From a bacterium (lineage in GTDB: Bacteria; Hydrothermota; 32-111), in NCBI GenBank assembly GCA_050239825.1, contig JBFXGO010000001.1, positions 73,478 to 137,477 on the forward strand: a stretch of 64,000 bases of DNA, given 5' to 3'. Both the position numbers and the translations under genes were made by a program. The notes beneath the pieces were generated by a model that made no database searches, had not been told where the DNA came from, and saw only the letters and a list, made by a program, of their open reading frames with translations. Below, piece after piece: positions 8,520 to 18,695 of this stretch (the stretch's first letter is position 1; the number at the start of each line of letters is the position of its first letter).

Positions 8520-11500
8520 ATGATTGGAAAATTTTTTTTCGCGGACATATCAAATTTCACAAAGACAACTGAAATGTTTATCAAAAAGAGTCAATACGGT
8601 CAGGAGGTTATAAGGGATATCGTGGACTCGGTATTTTCCGGCGCAATTCAGAAAATATATGAGAAAGACGGGTATGTAATTCTATTTGCAGGCGACGGAC
8701 TCCTATTCTATCTCTCTCCCGAGTTTTCAAATTCCGTCAGAAGCGAGTTTGAAAAAAACATAGATAAGTTCAACAGAAAAATGTCAACCGAGCTGGGCAT
8801 AAAAATAGAAGAGATGACTGAAAATCTATTTCCTCATATCGTAAAAGCAGAAAAAAGAGAGTTTATCTACTTTCATCCCCAGATATCTTCTTTCACCTAT
8901 GAGGATATAAAAGAGAGTATCAATCTCGATTTTCCTCCCGTAATAGGGGAGATGAGAAAAAAAAATTCTCTTGGCGAGCTGAGGGAGATACCTGCAGGTT
9001 TCATAAATATTGCAGAGGAGAAGAAACCCGAGGATTTGAGAGAGTTTTTCGAGCAGATGATTTCAGAGGCAGACAGAGAACAGGTTTATGTCAATAAAAT
9101 AGAATGGGCGGATAAGGGATGGATGGTTCTTGTTGCCTGTGGGATGCCTGTCTCCGTGGAGAATGCTCCGATGCGTCTTCTTTACTATATGAATTACCTG
9201 CTCAAAAAGGCTGAACAACTTGGAATAGAGATTAAAATCGGATGCACCCTGAAGAAGGGATATGCAGGAATAATAGGCGGAGAAGAGAGATGGGAATACA
9301 CATTCATTGGGGGAAACATAAATCTGGCGGCAAGAATTGCAGTCAAGGGGGAGAGTATGAAGATATTCTCCGACAAGAGTTTTGCGGATGCAGTATCGTC
9401 ATCCGCTCTGTTTGACAAATACGGCGATTTTACTTTCAAAGGAATAAATGAACCGGTCGAAGTCATGTGTTTCAAAGAGTTTTCTGATTCATCAAAAAAG
9501 GATTTGTTTGTCGGCAGGCAGAAAGAGACCGCAGAGGCGATCTCTGCTCTCTCGAAAGATTCAACATGTCTTTTGGTCTCCGGAGAGGGGGGAATCGGAA
9601 AAACCCATTTTGTAAATTCAGTTTTGAAAAGTATTCCGTTTTCAACCATAAAGACTATCTGTTCACAGAGAAAAGAGCCATTCTTTCTTGCGATGAAAAT
9701 TCTTTTGGAAATGGATAAAGCAAGAGACAGCATAGATTCCTATGAGTCCGTCTTTCTAAGATTATCAAAAATGCAAACAGTCAAAGAGAGATTCAAGCAT
9801 CTTTTAAATTCATTCACCAAAAGTGTTTTGATAATTATTGACGATTCACAATATATTGATTCTGAGTCCCTAGAGCTTTTGAATTGGGTCTTTTTTGAGA
9901 GACCGGAGCATATCAGGTTCATATTTATAGGAAGGGAAATGAAGAATCTTTCATTCATAAAATCAAAGCTCTCTAAATTTGCTTATACTGAAATAAATTT
10001 GATTGGTTTCAATGAGGAAGGCATTTCGGATTTTCTCTTCAAAAGCACAATGCTAAAGCCAAAACCTGAGGATGTGCGCGAACTTTCCCGCATTTCTGGA
10101 GGAAATCCGCTCTATCTAAACCAGATTATCTCTTTCATGCTAAAGGAAAACAACATCGAATCAAAGGGAGGATATCTTAATTTCAAATCAAGAATTCAGG
10201 ATTTTCCATATTCTCTTAAAGAGCTCATTCTGGTGAAGTTCGACAGATTCCCCGCTGTCACCAAGAATTTTGTGGAAACAGGCTCTGTGATAGGGGAAGA
10301 ATTCGTAAACTCAATAGCTTTGAATTCAACGGGATCGGAAGACAGCATAGAGAATGCAGTGACGCCTGCGGTGGAAAATAAAATTCTAAGCAGAAAATAC
10401 GAAACAGTCTCAATGTTTTATCATTCGATAGTCAAACAGACAATATTTGACAGAATGCTCAAAAAAAGAATTGATGAAATCTGCGTCAAAGTGGGTGATG
10501 AGATGGCAAGGAGCAGTGATAATCCGTTTATGCTTCTTCAGGCTGGGGATTTTTACGCTTCAGCCGGACACAGCAGGGCATTCGATATGTTCATCTCCGC
10601 GGCGAGGCTTTTTAAGAATGACAGGAACTCAATTTATGCTTCTCACTCTCTTAATAAAGCTCTCTCACAGAGTGTGCCTCCGCAAAAACAGCTTGAAGCG
10701 GTCATTCTGTACCCGGAAATTTCCAGACAGCATGTCGATAAAGAGTTCTTAGAAAACGCATTTTCAGCTCTTATCAGAGTAAAAGAAAAGCTTAGCAAAG
10801 ATGATGCATCCGTTTATGAGTCCATAGCATACGGTTTTTTGAATATTCTAAGGGAAAACAAAAAGACAGAGCATGTACTGCGCCTTTATAAAGAGAAGTG
10901 CGGAGAGACATTCGGATACTGCATGCTCAAGGGAAGATTGGAGAAGGAAAAAAAGTCGATAGCCGGAGCCTTGAAGGTTTATAAGGATATCAAAAAGAGA
11001 TTTAAGATGAATTTTAACGAAGAATTTGAATATTATCTTGCAGTTGCATCATTTTATTTTTTTAATACAACCGACAGGAAAAATCTCGCAGTTAATCTGA
11101 AGAAACTCGAACTTGCAAGCAGAAAATTAAAGGATTCTGCAAAGAAAGCTGCTTACTTTGATTTTATGACATCCGTTTTCCTGCACACCAATGAAATTAA
11201 AAAGGCAGAGGCGTTCGCAGATAAGAATCTTCTGTTTGCGAAAAAAAGCGGTCAGACAGACCTTTTGACATCTCTCTACAACACATTCGCAATAATCAAC
11301 TCAAACAAATTCTTCAAAACGAAGAACCGCAAGTATGAAAAACTCTCATTGAAGTATCATAAAAAAATCTACGATATTTACAAAAAGGATATGAACCTCT
11401 CAGCTCTTCCGCTGATCACGACTAATTTGGGAATGGCATATCTAATGGCCGGTGACGCAAAAAAGAATTTTCACTACCTTTATGAAGGACTCCTCTACGG

Positions 11501-12248
11501 ACTTGAAATAGACCACCCTGTCGAGGTTCCTTACAATTACATACTGCTCTCTCTCTACATGTATGAACGAGGTGCCGAAAAAGCGGCATTTAATCTTTCC
11601 GATTTCATAATAAATTACAAACACAAAATCGATATATGCTCCACATCATTTTTCATGAAATATCTGCAGACCAGAGAAAGAAAATTTCTGAAGAGAGGAT
11701 TGAACATTTCAGAGCGTTACCTGAAGAGACAGAATACACCGCCATATCAGATATACTATGATTTGATGTTTATGAAGCATTACAGAGACAAGAACACAGA
11801 CGAAATGAAGAGATTGATGAAACAGATATCCGAATTTGAAAAGAAGGCGAATCTGAGGCAAAATACGAAAAATAAGTTCAGGCAGATGAAACTGATTTCT
11901 AAACTGGAGTCAGGCTCTGCAGATGCCGTTGAAGCAGAAAAATCGGTAAATGAGGCGATGAAGATGAAGCTTTACTCGGCGACTGCGATAATGCTGTTTT
12001 TTTCCTACGGAAAATTCCTTATCTCGAAAAATAAGATTGACGAAGGGTTGAAGAGCATTGCAGAAGGACGCAGACTTTCAAAAAAACTTCTGTTCTTCAA
12101 CCACACCCTTGCGATTGATGAGTATCTATCGGCAGAAATTAAAATGAACGCGGCTTCCATAAAGAGAACAGAAGAGAGCAGAAATACCCTGAAAATAATA
12201 TCAAGCTTTGAAAATCTTGAGCAGTTCAAAGCATTCATCGAAGAGTAA
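8520..12248 (+). CDS. Divergent class III cyclase + STAND/AAA ATPase + helical repeat protein
   Basis: GAGGAG RBS before ATG 8520; FFADISNFT, FAGDG, ADKG and YTFIGGNINLAARI cyclase motifs; Walker A GEGGIGKT, Walker B IIIDDSQY and GGNPLYL. Confidence 0.85.
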   Translation: MIGKFFFADISNFTKTTEMFIKKSQYGQEVIRDIVDSVFSGAIQKIYEKDGYVILFAGDGLLFYLSPEFSNSVRSEFEKNIDKFNRKMSTELGIKIEEMTENLFPHIVKAEKREFIYFHPQISSFTYEDIKESINLDFPPVIGEMRKKNSLGELREIPAGFINIAEEKKPEDLREFFEQMISEADREQVYVNKIEWADKGWMVLVACGMPVSVENAPMRLLYYMNYLLKKAEQLGIEIKIGCTLKKGYAGIIGGEERWEYTFIGGNINLAARIAVKGESMKIFSDKSFADAVSSSALFDKYGDFTFKGINEPVEVMCFKEFSDSSKKDLFVGRQKETAEAISALSKDSTCLLVSGEGGIGKTHFVNSVLKSIPFSTIKTICSQRKEPFFLAMKILLEMDKARDSIDSYESVFLRLSKMQTVKERFKHLLNSFTKSVLIIIDDSQYIDSESLELLNWVFFERPEHIRFIFIGREMKNLSFIKSKLSKFAYTEINLIGFNEEGISDFLFKSTMLKPKPEDVRELSRISGGNPLYLNQIISFMLKENNIESKGGYLNFKSRIQDFPYSLKELILVKFDRFPAVTKNFVETGSVIGEEFVNSIALNSTGSEDSIENAVTPAVENKILSRKYETVSMFYHSIVKQTIFDRMLKKRIDEICVKVGDEMARSSDNPFMLLQAGDFYASAGHSRAFDMFISAARLFKNDRNSIYASHSLNKALSQSVPPQKQLEAVILYPEISRQHVDKEFLENAFSALIRVKEKLSKDDASVYESIAYGFLNILRENKKTEHVLRLYKEKCGETFGYCMLKGRLEKEKKSIAGALKVYKDIKKRFKMNFNEEFEYYLAVASFYFFNTTDRKNLAVNLKKLELASRKLKDSAKKAAYFDFMTSVFLHTNEIKKAEAFADKNLLFAKKSGQTDLLTSLYNTFAIINSNKFFKTKNRKYEKLSLKYHKKIYDIYKKDMNLSALPLITTNLGMAYLMAGDAKKNFHYLYEGLLYGLEIDHPVEVPYNYILLSLYMYERGAEKAAFNLSDFIINYKHKIDICSTSFFMKYLQTRERKFLKRGLNISERYLKRQNTPPYQIYYDLMFMKHYRDKNTDEMKRLMKQISEFEKKANLRQNTKNKFRQMKLISKLESGSADAVEAEKSVNEAMKMKLYSATAIMLFFSYGKFLISKNKIDEGLKSIAEGRRLSKKLLFFNHTLAIDEYLSAEIKMNAASIKRTEESRNTLKIISSFENLEQFKAFIEE

Positions 12249-12250
12249 TT

Positions 12251-13195
12251 TCATTTCTTTTTGCAGTAGTAGATGTCAGCCTCTATTATATTGACTGAAG
12301 AATCCATATAATGATGAACGAAATAAATATTGCCTTCGGAATCAATGGTAGGCTCTCCTGCGAAATTGGAAATTATCTCTTCCGGTTCGCTCCACACTCC
12401 ATTTGTTTTCAAAGACCTGAACACCGCCGGTCCTGTGTATCCGAGTTTGCTGTCAGAAGTGTACCAAAGTTCATTTCCGTTGTCTGCAAGGCATGGCTGA
12501 TTTTCATTCTTTGAAGTGTTCAGCGCCGATACTGCGGCAGGATTCTTCCATTCACCGTTTACATTCGAAAGAACCCATAAGTCATAATCAGTACCATTGT
12601 ATTTCCCATAGTATAGAGTCGATTTGTCATCCGAGATATGGAATTCCCCAATGTCATAGGTTACATTCAGAGCTTCTCCGCAGTTTGTGACATCCGCATA
12701 GTCATCACCATTCCACACTGAAGTAAAGATGTCAATTTCACCGAGATTTCCGGTTCTGACTGAGGCAAAATAGAGAGTATCTCCGGCTGCAAAAGCGCAT
12801 CCGTCAAGGCATTCTATTGATTCAAGATATACTCTTCTCGGTTCAGTCCAGGAAAGGCCGCTCTTTTCGCTCATCCATATTCCTGTGACAGTATCAACGA
12901 GCTGTTCAGTCAAAGGCACTCTCACATCAGGAGTAAAAAAGAAGAAAAACCTGCTCATGTCATCAGTTATAAAAGGCGAGTCCTCAGCGCCGAGAGTGTT
13001 TACCTGTCCCTCCATAGGCATCGGAGTCTCCCATTCATCTGACTGCATCACAGGCTTGAAAATGTCATTTTCCGGTGTTCCCTTGACTATATCCGTTGGA
13101 AGTTTATCCTCTCGGGAGATATCAAAATCGAAATTGTTCTGAGAGCATGAGGCAAGCATAACCGTCAAAGCAAGCAAAAAAATTATTCTGTGCAT
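12251..13195 (-). CDS. Lipoprotein with PD40/TolB-like beta-propeller repeats
   Basis: Lipobox MLASC; repeats of the type NT..AEDSPFITDD..FFF, TLYFASVR..GEIDIF and NENQPCLADNGNELWY. Confidence 0.75.
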   Translation of the reverse strand: MHRIIFLLALTVMLASCSQNNFDFDISREDKLPTDIVKGTPENDIFKPVMQSDEWETPMPMEGQVNTLGAEDSPFITDDMSRFFFFFTPDVRVPLTEQLVDTVTGIWMSEKSGLSWTEPRRVYLESIECLDGCAFAAGDTLYFASVRTGNLGEIDIFTSVWNGDDYADVTNCGEALNVTYDIGEFHISDDKSTLYYGKYNGTDYDLWVLSNVNGEWKNPAAVSALNTSKNENQPCLADNGNELWYTSDSKLGYTGPAVFRSLKTNGVWSEPEEIISNFAGEPTIDSEGNIYFVHHYMDSSVNIIEADIYYCKKK

Positions 13196-13302
13196 TCTCT
13201 CTCCTTTTTGATTGATACTATCAGAAATTGTCGGATAAATCAATTGATTTTTCCATTGCTTGATTATTGACATTTTTTCTGTTAAAGGCATAATAATCAA
13301 TT

Positions 13303-14241
13303 ATGAAAAGAGCGTCCCTTGTTATTTTTATCATCTCTGTGACTGCAGTTCTCATCGCATGGTCTCTGCTTAACAGAAGCCTCATAAATAAAGCAATGAC
13401 AATTCATGCCCCTGAAATAGGCGGCAATGTAAAGACTCTCATTATGGGAGATTCGCATGCGCAGACCGCTCTTGACCCTTCCCTGATGAAAGACGCTATA
13501 AGTCTTACATACAGCAATGAAAATTATTTCTTTACTTACTATAAGCTGAAGTGGGCTCTTGAAAGAGGCAGGAATATTGAAAATGTCATAATTGGTTTTT
13601 CCATCCATAATCTTACGGATGCGCAGGAGAGAGTGATAAAGGAGAGAACATTCTTTCTTGAGCATGGATTCCTTCTTCTTGATGATTACGGAAAGAATAT
13701 TGTCAAAAAAAAATCATCAGACCTCTACAACTATTTCAAACTCAAGTATGAGTTCGGAGCGCCTATGAATTTTTACAACAATGACCTTCTTCTGATCAAT
13801 TTTGCGTCTGATAAGGAAGAATTCCGCGAAAAAATATGGGGTGGGTATAAAAAGATGTCATCTGCCAATATGACTGAAGAGCAGAAGCAGAAACTGATAA
13901 AAGAGAAGAACACCAAGGATTACATATCGTCGCCTCTGATGACCGAATATCTTCTGAAAATAGTCTCCCTCTGCGAAGAGAGGAAAATATCCCTCTACCT
14001 TCTGAACACTCCCATTCACAAACTTTATTTTGAAAGATATACTGAGGAGACTGTGATAACATTTTTTAAAGACATAGAATTTTTAAAGGAGAACGTTGAC
14101 TTCAGGTATCTCGACTATCAGTGGTTTATGCAGGATGATTCTTTCTTCTATGACGGAGAGCATTTGAATGAAAGGGGAGCGGAAATCTTTTCCCGCATTA
14201 TTGACAGTATAGTATCTGGAGGAGAGAAAAGTGCTATTTAA
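13303..14241 (+). CDS. SGNH/GDSL-like acyltransferase partner of MBOAT
   Basis: N-terminal TM, GDSH block I and DGEHLN (DxxH) block V; overlaps the MBOAT gene. Confidence 0.75.
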   Translation: MKRASLVIFIISVTAVLIAWSLLNRSLINKAMTIHAPEIGGNVKTLIMGDSHAQTALDPSLMKDAISLTYSNENYFFTYYKLKWALERGRNIENVIIGFSIHNLTDAQERVIKERTFFLEHGFLLLDDYGKNIVKKKSSDLYNYFKLKYEFGAPMNFYNNDLLLINFASDKEEFREKIWGGYKKMSSANMTEEQKQKLIKEKNTKDYISSPLMTEYLLKIVSLCEERKISLYLLNTPIHKLYFERYTEETVITFFKDIEFLKENVDFRYLDYQWFMQDDSFFYDGEHLNERGAEIFSRIIDSIVSGGEKSAI

Positions 14242-15706
14242 TTCGTTGCAATACTTTATATTTTTCCCATTAGTAGCTGTTTTTTATTTTATAATCCCAT
14301 TCAATTATCGCTGGATATGGCTTCTTTCAGCCAGTTTCTATTTTTATATGGCTTGGAAGCCGGAGTATGTTGTTCTTATGATTGCGGCGATTCTCATAAA
14401 TTACTCTGCGGGAATAATGATTCAAAGAAGCAGAAAAAAAGAATGGAAAAAATTTCACATGCTGTTTGGAGTATGCGCCAGTTTCTTTATTCTTTTCGTT
14501 TTTAAATATTTCAATTTCATTAACTCATCTGTGAGGGCTCTGTTTTCTTATTTCGGCATGGATTATCCCATAAGCGGCCACAGTCTGCTACTGCCCGTGG
14601 GCATATCTTTTTACACCTTCCAGACTTTAAGCTATACTATTGATGTTTACAGGGGTAAAGAAAAAACGCAGAAGCATCTCGGAATATTTGCTCTTTATGT
14701 AACTTTCTTTCCCCAACTGGTTGCAGGACCGATAGAAAGATCCACAAATCTTTTGCCGCAATTCTTCAAAAAAAATGCCTTTGACCTGCAGAGGGTTCTT
14801 GACGGAGGAAAACTTATACTTTGGGGGCTTTTTAAGAAAATTGTAATTGCGGACAGACTTGCCGTTCTTGTCAATACGGTTTTCAACAACCCCCACGGTT
14901 ATTCGGGGTTCCAATTTGTGACTGCAATAGTATTCTTTGCGTTTCAGATATACTGTGATTTTTCAGGTTACTCCGACATAGCCATAGGAAGCGCTCAGAT
15001 AATGGGGTACAAGCTGATGGATAATTTTAACAGGCCATACTTTTCCAAATCTATTTCAGAGTTTTGGAAACGATGGCACATATCGCTTTCAACATGGTTC
15101 AGGGATTATCTGTACATACCCATGGGAGGAAGCAGAACCTCAATTCCCAAGTGGTATTTCAATCTGTTTGTCACATTTCTTGTCAGCGGAATATGGCACG
15201 GGGCAAACTGGACATTTGTGGCATGGGGGGCATTGAACGGCCTTTACATTGTGCTTGAGACAGCGGGTATGAAGAGAATCAAGAGGATTGAAAATAAATT
15301 GAGATTGAATGAACATAAGACTTCGCTGAAAATCTTAAAAATCTCAACAACATTTTCCCTTGTTCTTTTCGCCTGGATTTTTTTCAGAGCGAATACAATT
15401 TCGGATGCTATATATGTGATATCAAATATCCCTAAAAATTTCATGGCGACATTCTGGGAAATCGCCACATTGAATGAACATGCACTTAAGAAAATGGGAA
15501 TAGAGAGAGTGGATTTTGTGATTTCCATAGCTGTGATACTCTTCATGGAATCAGTGCATGCGCTTCAGAGGCACAGGGGCATTCGCTCAATGCTGAAAAA
15601 GAAGCCTCTGGCTTTGAGATATGTGGTTTATGCGGCATTTATCTTTGGAATAATTGTTTTCGGCACCTATATCAATTCCGCATCATTCATCTATTTCCAA
15701 TTCTAA
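14231..15706 (+). CDS. MBOAT family O-acyltransferase (AlgI/PatA-like)
   Basis: MLFNS start, LPVGISFYTFQ, FFPQLVAGPIER, DFSGYSDIAIG, EFWKRWHISLSTWFRDY, SGIWHGANWTF and FIYFQF end. Confidence 0.95.
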   Translation: MLFNSLQYFIFFPLVAVFYFIIPFNYRWIWLLSASFYFYMAWKPEYVVLMIAAILINYSAGIMIQRSRKKEWKKFHMLFGVCASFFILFVFKYFNFINSSVRALFSYFGMDYPISGHSLLLPVGISFYTFQTLSYTIDVYRGKEKTQKHLGIFALYVTFFPQLVAGPIERSTNLLPQFFKKNAFDLQRVLDGGKLILWGLFKKIVIADRLAVLVNTVFNNPHGYSGFQFVTAIVFFAFQIYCDFSGYSDIAIGSAQIMGYKLMDNFNRPYFSKSISEFWKRWHISLSTWFRDYLYIPMGGSRTSIPKWYFNLFVTFLVSGIWHGANWTFVAWGALNGLYIVLETAGMKRIKRIENKLRLNEHKTSLKILKISTTFSLVLFAWIFFRANTISDAIYVISNIPKNFMATFWEIATLNEHALKKMGIERVDFVISIAVILFMESVHALQRHRGIRSMLKKKPLALRYVVYAAFIFGIIVFGTYINSASFIYFQF

Positions 15707-15757
15707 TACAATAAAAAATACTTTATTTTTTCTATTATTATGATATAATAACAAACT

Positions 15758-17095
15758 ATGAACTTGAGAATTTTTACTCTCATCCTGCTTCTGGCGGTTC
15801 TATCATCGTGCGCCTATTTTAACACATTCTATAATGCACGGAAATACTATGAAGACGGAGTGAGGCCTCTTGAAAATGGCGGGATAGTCAACAAATCCCT
15901 TCTCGACAGGTCGATAGAAAAATCATCAAAAATTCTGCAGTTTCATTCAAAATCGGAATATGTCGACGATGCCCTTCTTCTGATAGGAAAATCATATATG
16001 TACACCGGCGAGTACACCAAAGCTATCAGGAAATTCACGGAGCTTCTTGATTATTTCCCGAATTCAAAATTTTCCGACGAGACGCTCTTTTTTATGGGCA
16101 AGACATATCTTCTTCAAGGTGAGAGCGAGGTGGCAAAGACGATCTTTAAGCAGGTTGTGGCGCGAAACAGGAAGTATCGCATAGAGGCCGTCTCCGAGTG
16201 CATAGAGATAATGCTTGAAAAATCATCTCATGAAGAGGCAGACTCATTCATCAATCAGCTGTCAGACAGGGACAAAAAAAACAATAAGGTAAAATTTCTT
16301 TCCGGAAAGGTTAAGTGGACTTCCGGGCTTTATGATGAAGCATTGAGGTATCTGTTGAATGTGAATTCCGGAAAGCTTTCAAAGGACGATGGTTTCGACT
16401 ACTATAGAATCATCACCGACCTCTATCTGAAAAAAAATGAGATAATAAAAGCTGAAAAATCAATAAACAATGGTATAAGAATTTTTCAGGATCATGCATA
16501 CAAAAATTCCCTCTACCTGATGAAGGCAAAGATTCTAACTGCAAACAAAGAATATGAAAAAGCAGAGGAACTTCTCTCGGAAGTTCTCATACAACCGGGA
16601 GCAACCGCCAAGGATTCTCTTATCTTTTTCAAAGGGATCCTATATGAAACTTATTTTTCGGATTATGAGAAGGCCCTTGAATCTTACAGGCAGATAGTGA
16701 ATGAGGAAAAAAATTCAAAGCTCTTTGCAGAGGCAGAGATGAAGGTGAAATCTCTTGAACTCTTCATTTCTCTCTCAAATGATTCTCTGGGAGAAAATGT
16801 CGAACAAAATATCGAAAACAGATTCCTTCTGGCGGAGATAAACTATCTGAATCTTGACAGAATCGATGAATCCATAATCAAATACAAGTCGATTGCCGAT
16901 TCATTTCCCCAATCGGTTTATGCCCCCAAAAGTTTGTTTGCGCTTTCATATATTTATCTCAAGGATAAGAATGATTCTTTTTTGAGCGCTGAATACCTTA
17001 GCAGGATTACCGACAAATATCCGAATACGGAGTATTCTGTTTTAGCTGAAGAAAAACTAAAGGAGTTTAAACTTGCTCTCGACACTCTTAGATAA
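15758..17095 (+). CDS. TPR lipoprotein (BamD / SprE-PorW-like)
   Basis: Lipobox LSSC followed by AYFNTFYNARKYY; SEYVDDALLLIGKSY and ELLDYFPNS TPR motifs. Confidence 0.7.
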   Translation: MNLRIFTLILLLAVLSSCAYFNTFYNARKYYEDGVRPLENGGIVNKSLLDRSIEKSSKILQFHSKSEYVDDALLLIGKSYMYTGEYTKAIRKFTELLDYFPNSKFSDETLFFMGKTYLLQGESEVAKTIFKQVVARNRKYRIEAVSECIEIMLEKSSHEEADSFINQLSDRDKKNNKVKFLSGKVKWTSGLYDEALRYLLNVNSGKLSKDDGFDYYRIITDLYLKKNEIIKAEKSINNGIRIFQDHAYKNSLYLMKAKILTANKEYEKAEELLSEVLIQPGATAKDSLIFFKGILYETYFSDYEKALESYRQIVNEEKNSKLFAEAEMKVKSLELFISLSNDSLGENVEQNIENRFLLAEINYLNLDRIDESIIKYKSIADSFPQSVYAPKSLFALSYIYLKDKNDSFLSAEYLSRITDKYPNTEYSVLAEEKLKEFKLALDTLR

Positions 17096-17789
17096 ACAGG
17101 AATTGACAGAAAATATTTTTCTGATGACTTTCAGCAGGAACGATGACTCTGTTTTATATCCGGGTCAGTTTCTAAGTATTCTCCATTCAAGCAGGGAGAA
17201 GATATTGAGAAGGCCGTTCTCTGTTTTCAGCTACACCGATAGAAAGGTATCAATTCTTGTGAAGAGAGTCGGAGGAGGCACGGATGCCATAACACAGATG
17301 CAGGTTGGATGCTCCGCAGATATCCTCTGTCCTCTGGGTAAGGGATTTACCGAAACTCTTGACAGTGAAAAAACCCTCTTCATAGCAGGAGGGATAGGTA
17401 TAGCAGGCATTTATTCTTTCATAGGACAAAGAAAAAATTCCAAGATAATATTCGGAGACAGGGAGGGAGAATTCGGAAAGGTGATTGAGTTTTTGAAAAT
17501 TCAATGCCTCTATGCTTCTGAAAAGCAAGGTAAAGGCAGAACAGGAAGGGTGACGGATTTCATAGAAGCTTTTGATTTTGACACCATAGTCGCATGCGGT
17601 CCCAAAAAGATGCTCAAAGCAGTTAAGGATAAGGCAAACGGAAAAAGATATCTTGCCGTGTGCGAGGAGATAATGGCATGCGGAGTCGGACTCTGCAACG
17701 GGTGCATGGTCAAATACGATGACAACACATTTTGCAGAGTGTGCGCCGACGGACCGGTGCTTGACGGCAACAGGATAGTATATGATTAA
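17073..17789 (+). CDS. pyrK: Dihydroorotate dehydrogenase electron transfer subunit
   Basis: PGQF, LRRPFS, GGIGIAG, ACGP and MACGVGLCNGC..RVCADGPV (2Fe-2S) motifs. Confidence 0.9.
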   Translation: MLSTLLDKQELTENIFLMTFSRNDDSVLYPGQFLSILHSSREKILRRPFSVFSYTDRKVSILVKRVGGGTDAITQMQVGCSADILCPLGKGFTETLDSEKTLFIAGGIGIAGIYSFIGQRKNSKIIFGDREGEFGKVIEFLKIQCLYASEKQGKGRTGRVTDFIEAFDFDTIVACGPKKMLKAVKDKANGKRYLAVCEEIMACGVGLCNGCMVKYDDNTFCRVCADGPVLDGNRIVYD

Positions 17790-18693
17790 TACTCAAATAA
17801 AGGTTGGAAAGACAATTCTCAAAAAACCGATTCTCGGCGCAAGCGGTTGTTCCGGCTGGGGAGAGGAGCTTGTCAGATTCAATGATTTTTCAAAAATAGG
17901 CGGTTTTGTCACAAAATCAATAACACTAAATGAAAAGCGCGGCAATGAAATGCCGAGGATAATGGAGACATACGGAGGACTTCTCAATTCAATAGGGCTT
18001 GAGAACAAGGGAGTAGATTATTTCGTAAAAAACATTCTGCCGATTCTGAAGAATCTTCAATGCGCAAAATTCCTGAACATTGCGCCTTTTGAAAAAAACG
18101 AACTTGGAAAAATGATAGGAATTCTTGATTCTGAAGACGGATTCGACGGCTATGAGATAAACATCTCCTGTCCCAATGTTTCTCACGGAGGAATTTCTTT
18201 CAACGCATCGATTGAGGATGCCGTCTCTCTTATAAACGGGGCGCGGAAGATGACAGAGAGAACTCTTCTGTTAAAACTATCTCCCGCATATGAGAATTCT
18301 TTTCAGATCGGCAAGATAGCCGAAGACTGCGGATTTGACGGTCTGACATTCACCAACACTTATATTGGAACTGCGGTTGATATAAAAACAAAAAGCTTTG
18401 TCTTCAAAAACAAACAGGCGGGTTTGTCGGGTCCAGCAATAAAACCGCTCTCTCTTTTGAATGTCTTCAAAATGAAAAAAAGTGTGTCAATTCCCATTTT
18501 AGCCGCAGGGGGGGTCAGAACCGCAGATGATGTTTTGGAATTCTTAATTATAGGCGCATCAGCCGTACAGGTAGGAACTCAGCTTCTGATAGAGCCGGAT
18601 ATTCTTGAGAAGCTTTCCAATGGACTTGAAGAGAGAATGAAAGAACTGAAGATTGAAGATATAAATAATCTTATCGGATCAATAAAGGAGTGA
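17782..18693 (+). CDS. pyrD: Dihydroorotate dehydrogenase family 1B catalytic subunit
   Basis: LLNSIGLEN, EINISCPNV, KLSP and GLSGPAIKP motifs. Confidence 0.95.
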   Translation: MINTQIKVGKTILKKPILGASGCSGWGEELVRFNDFSKIGGFVTKSITLNEKRGNEMPRIMETYGGLLNSIGLENKGVDYFVKNILPILKNLQCAKFLNIAPFEKNELGKMIGILDSEDGFDGYEINISCPNVSHGGISFNASIEDAVSLINGARKMTERTLLLKLSPAYENSFQIGKIAEDCGFDGLTFTNTYIGTAVDIKTKSFVFKNKQAGLSGPAIKPLSLLNVFKMKKSVSIPILAAGGVRTADDVLEFLIIGASAVQVGTQLLIEPDILEKLSNGLEERMKELKIEDINNLIGSIKE

Positions 18694-18695
18694 TA

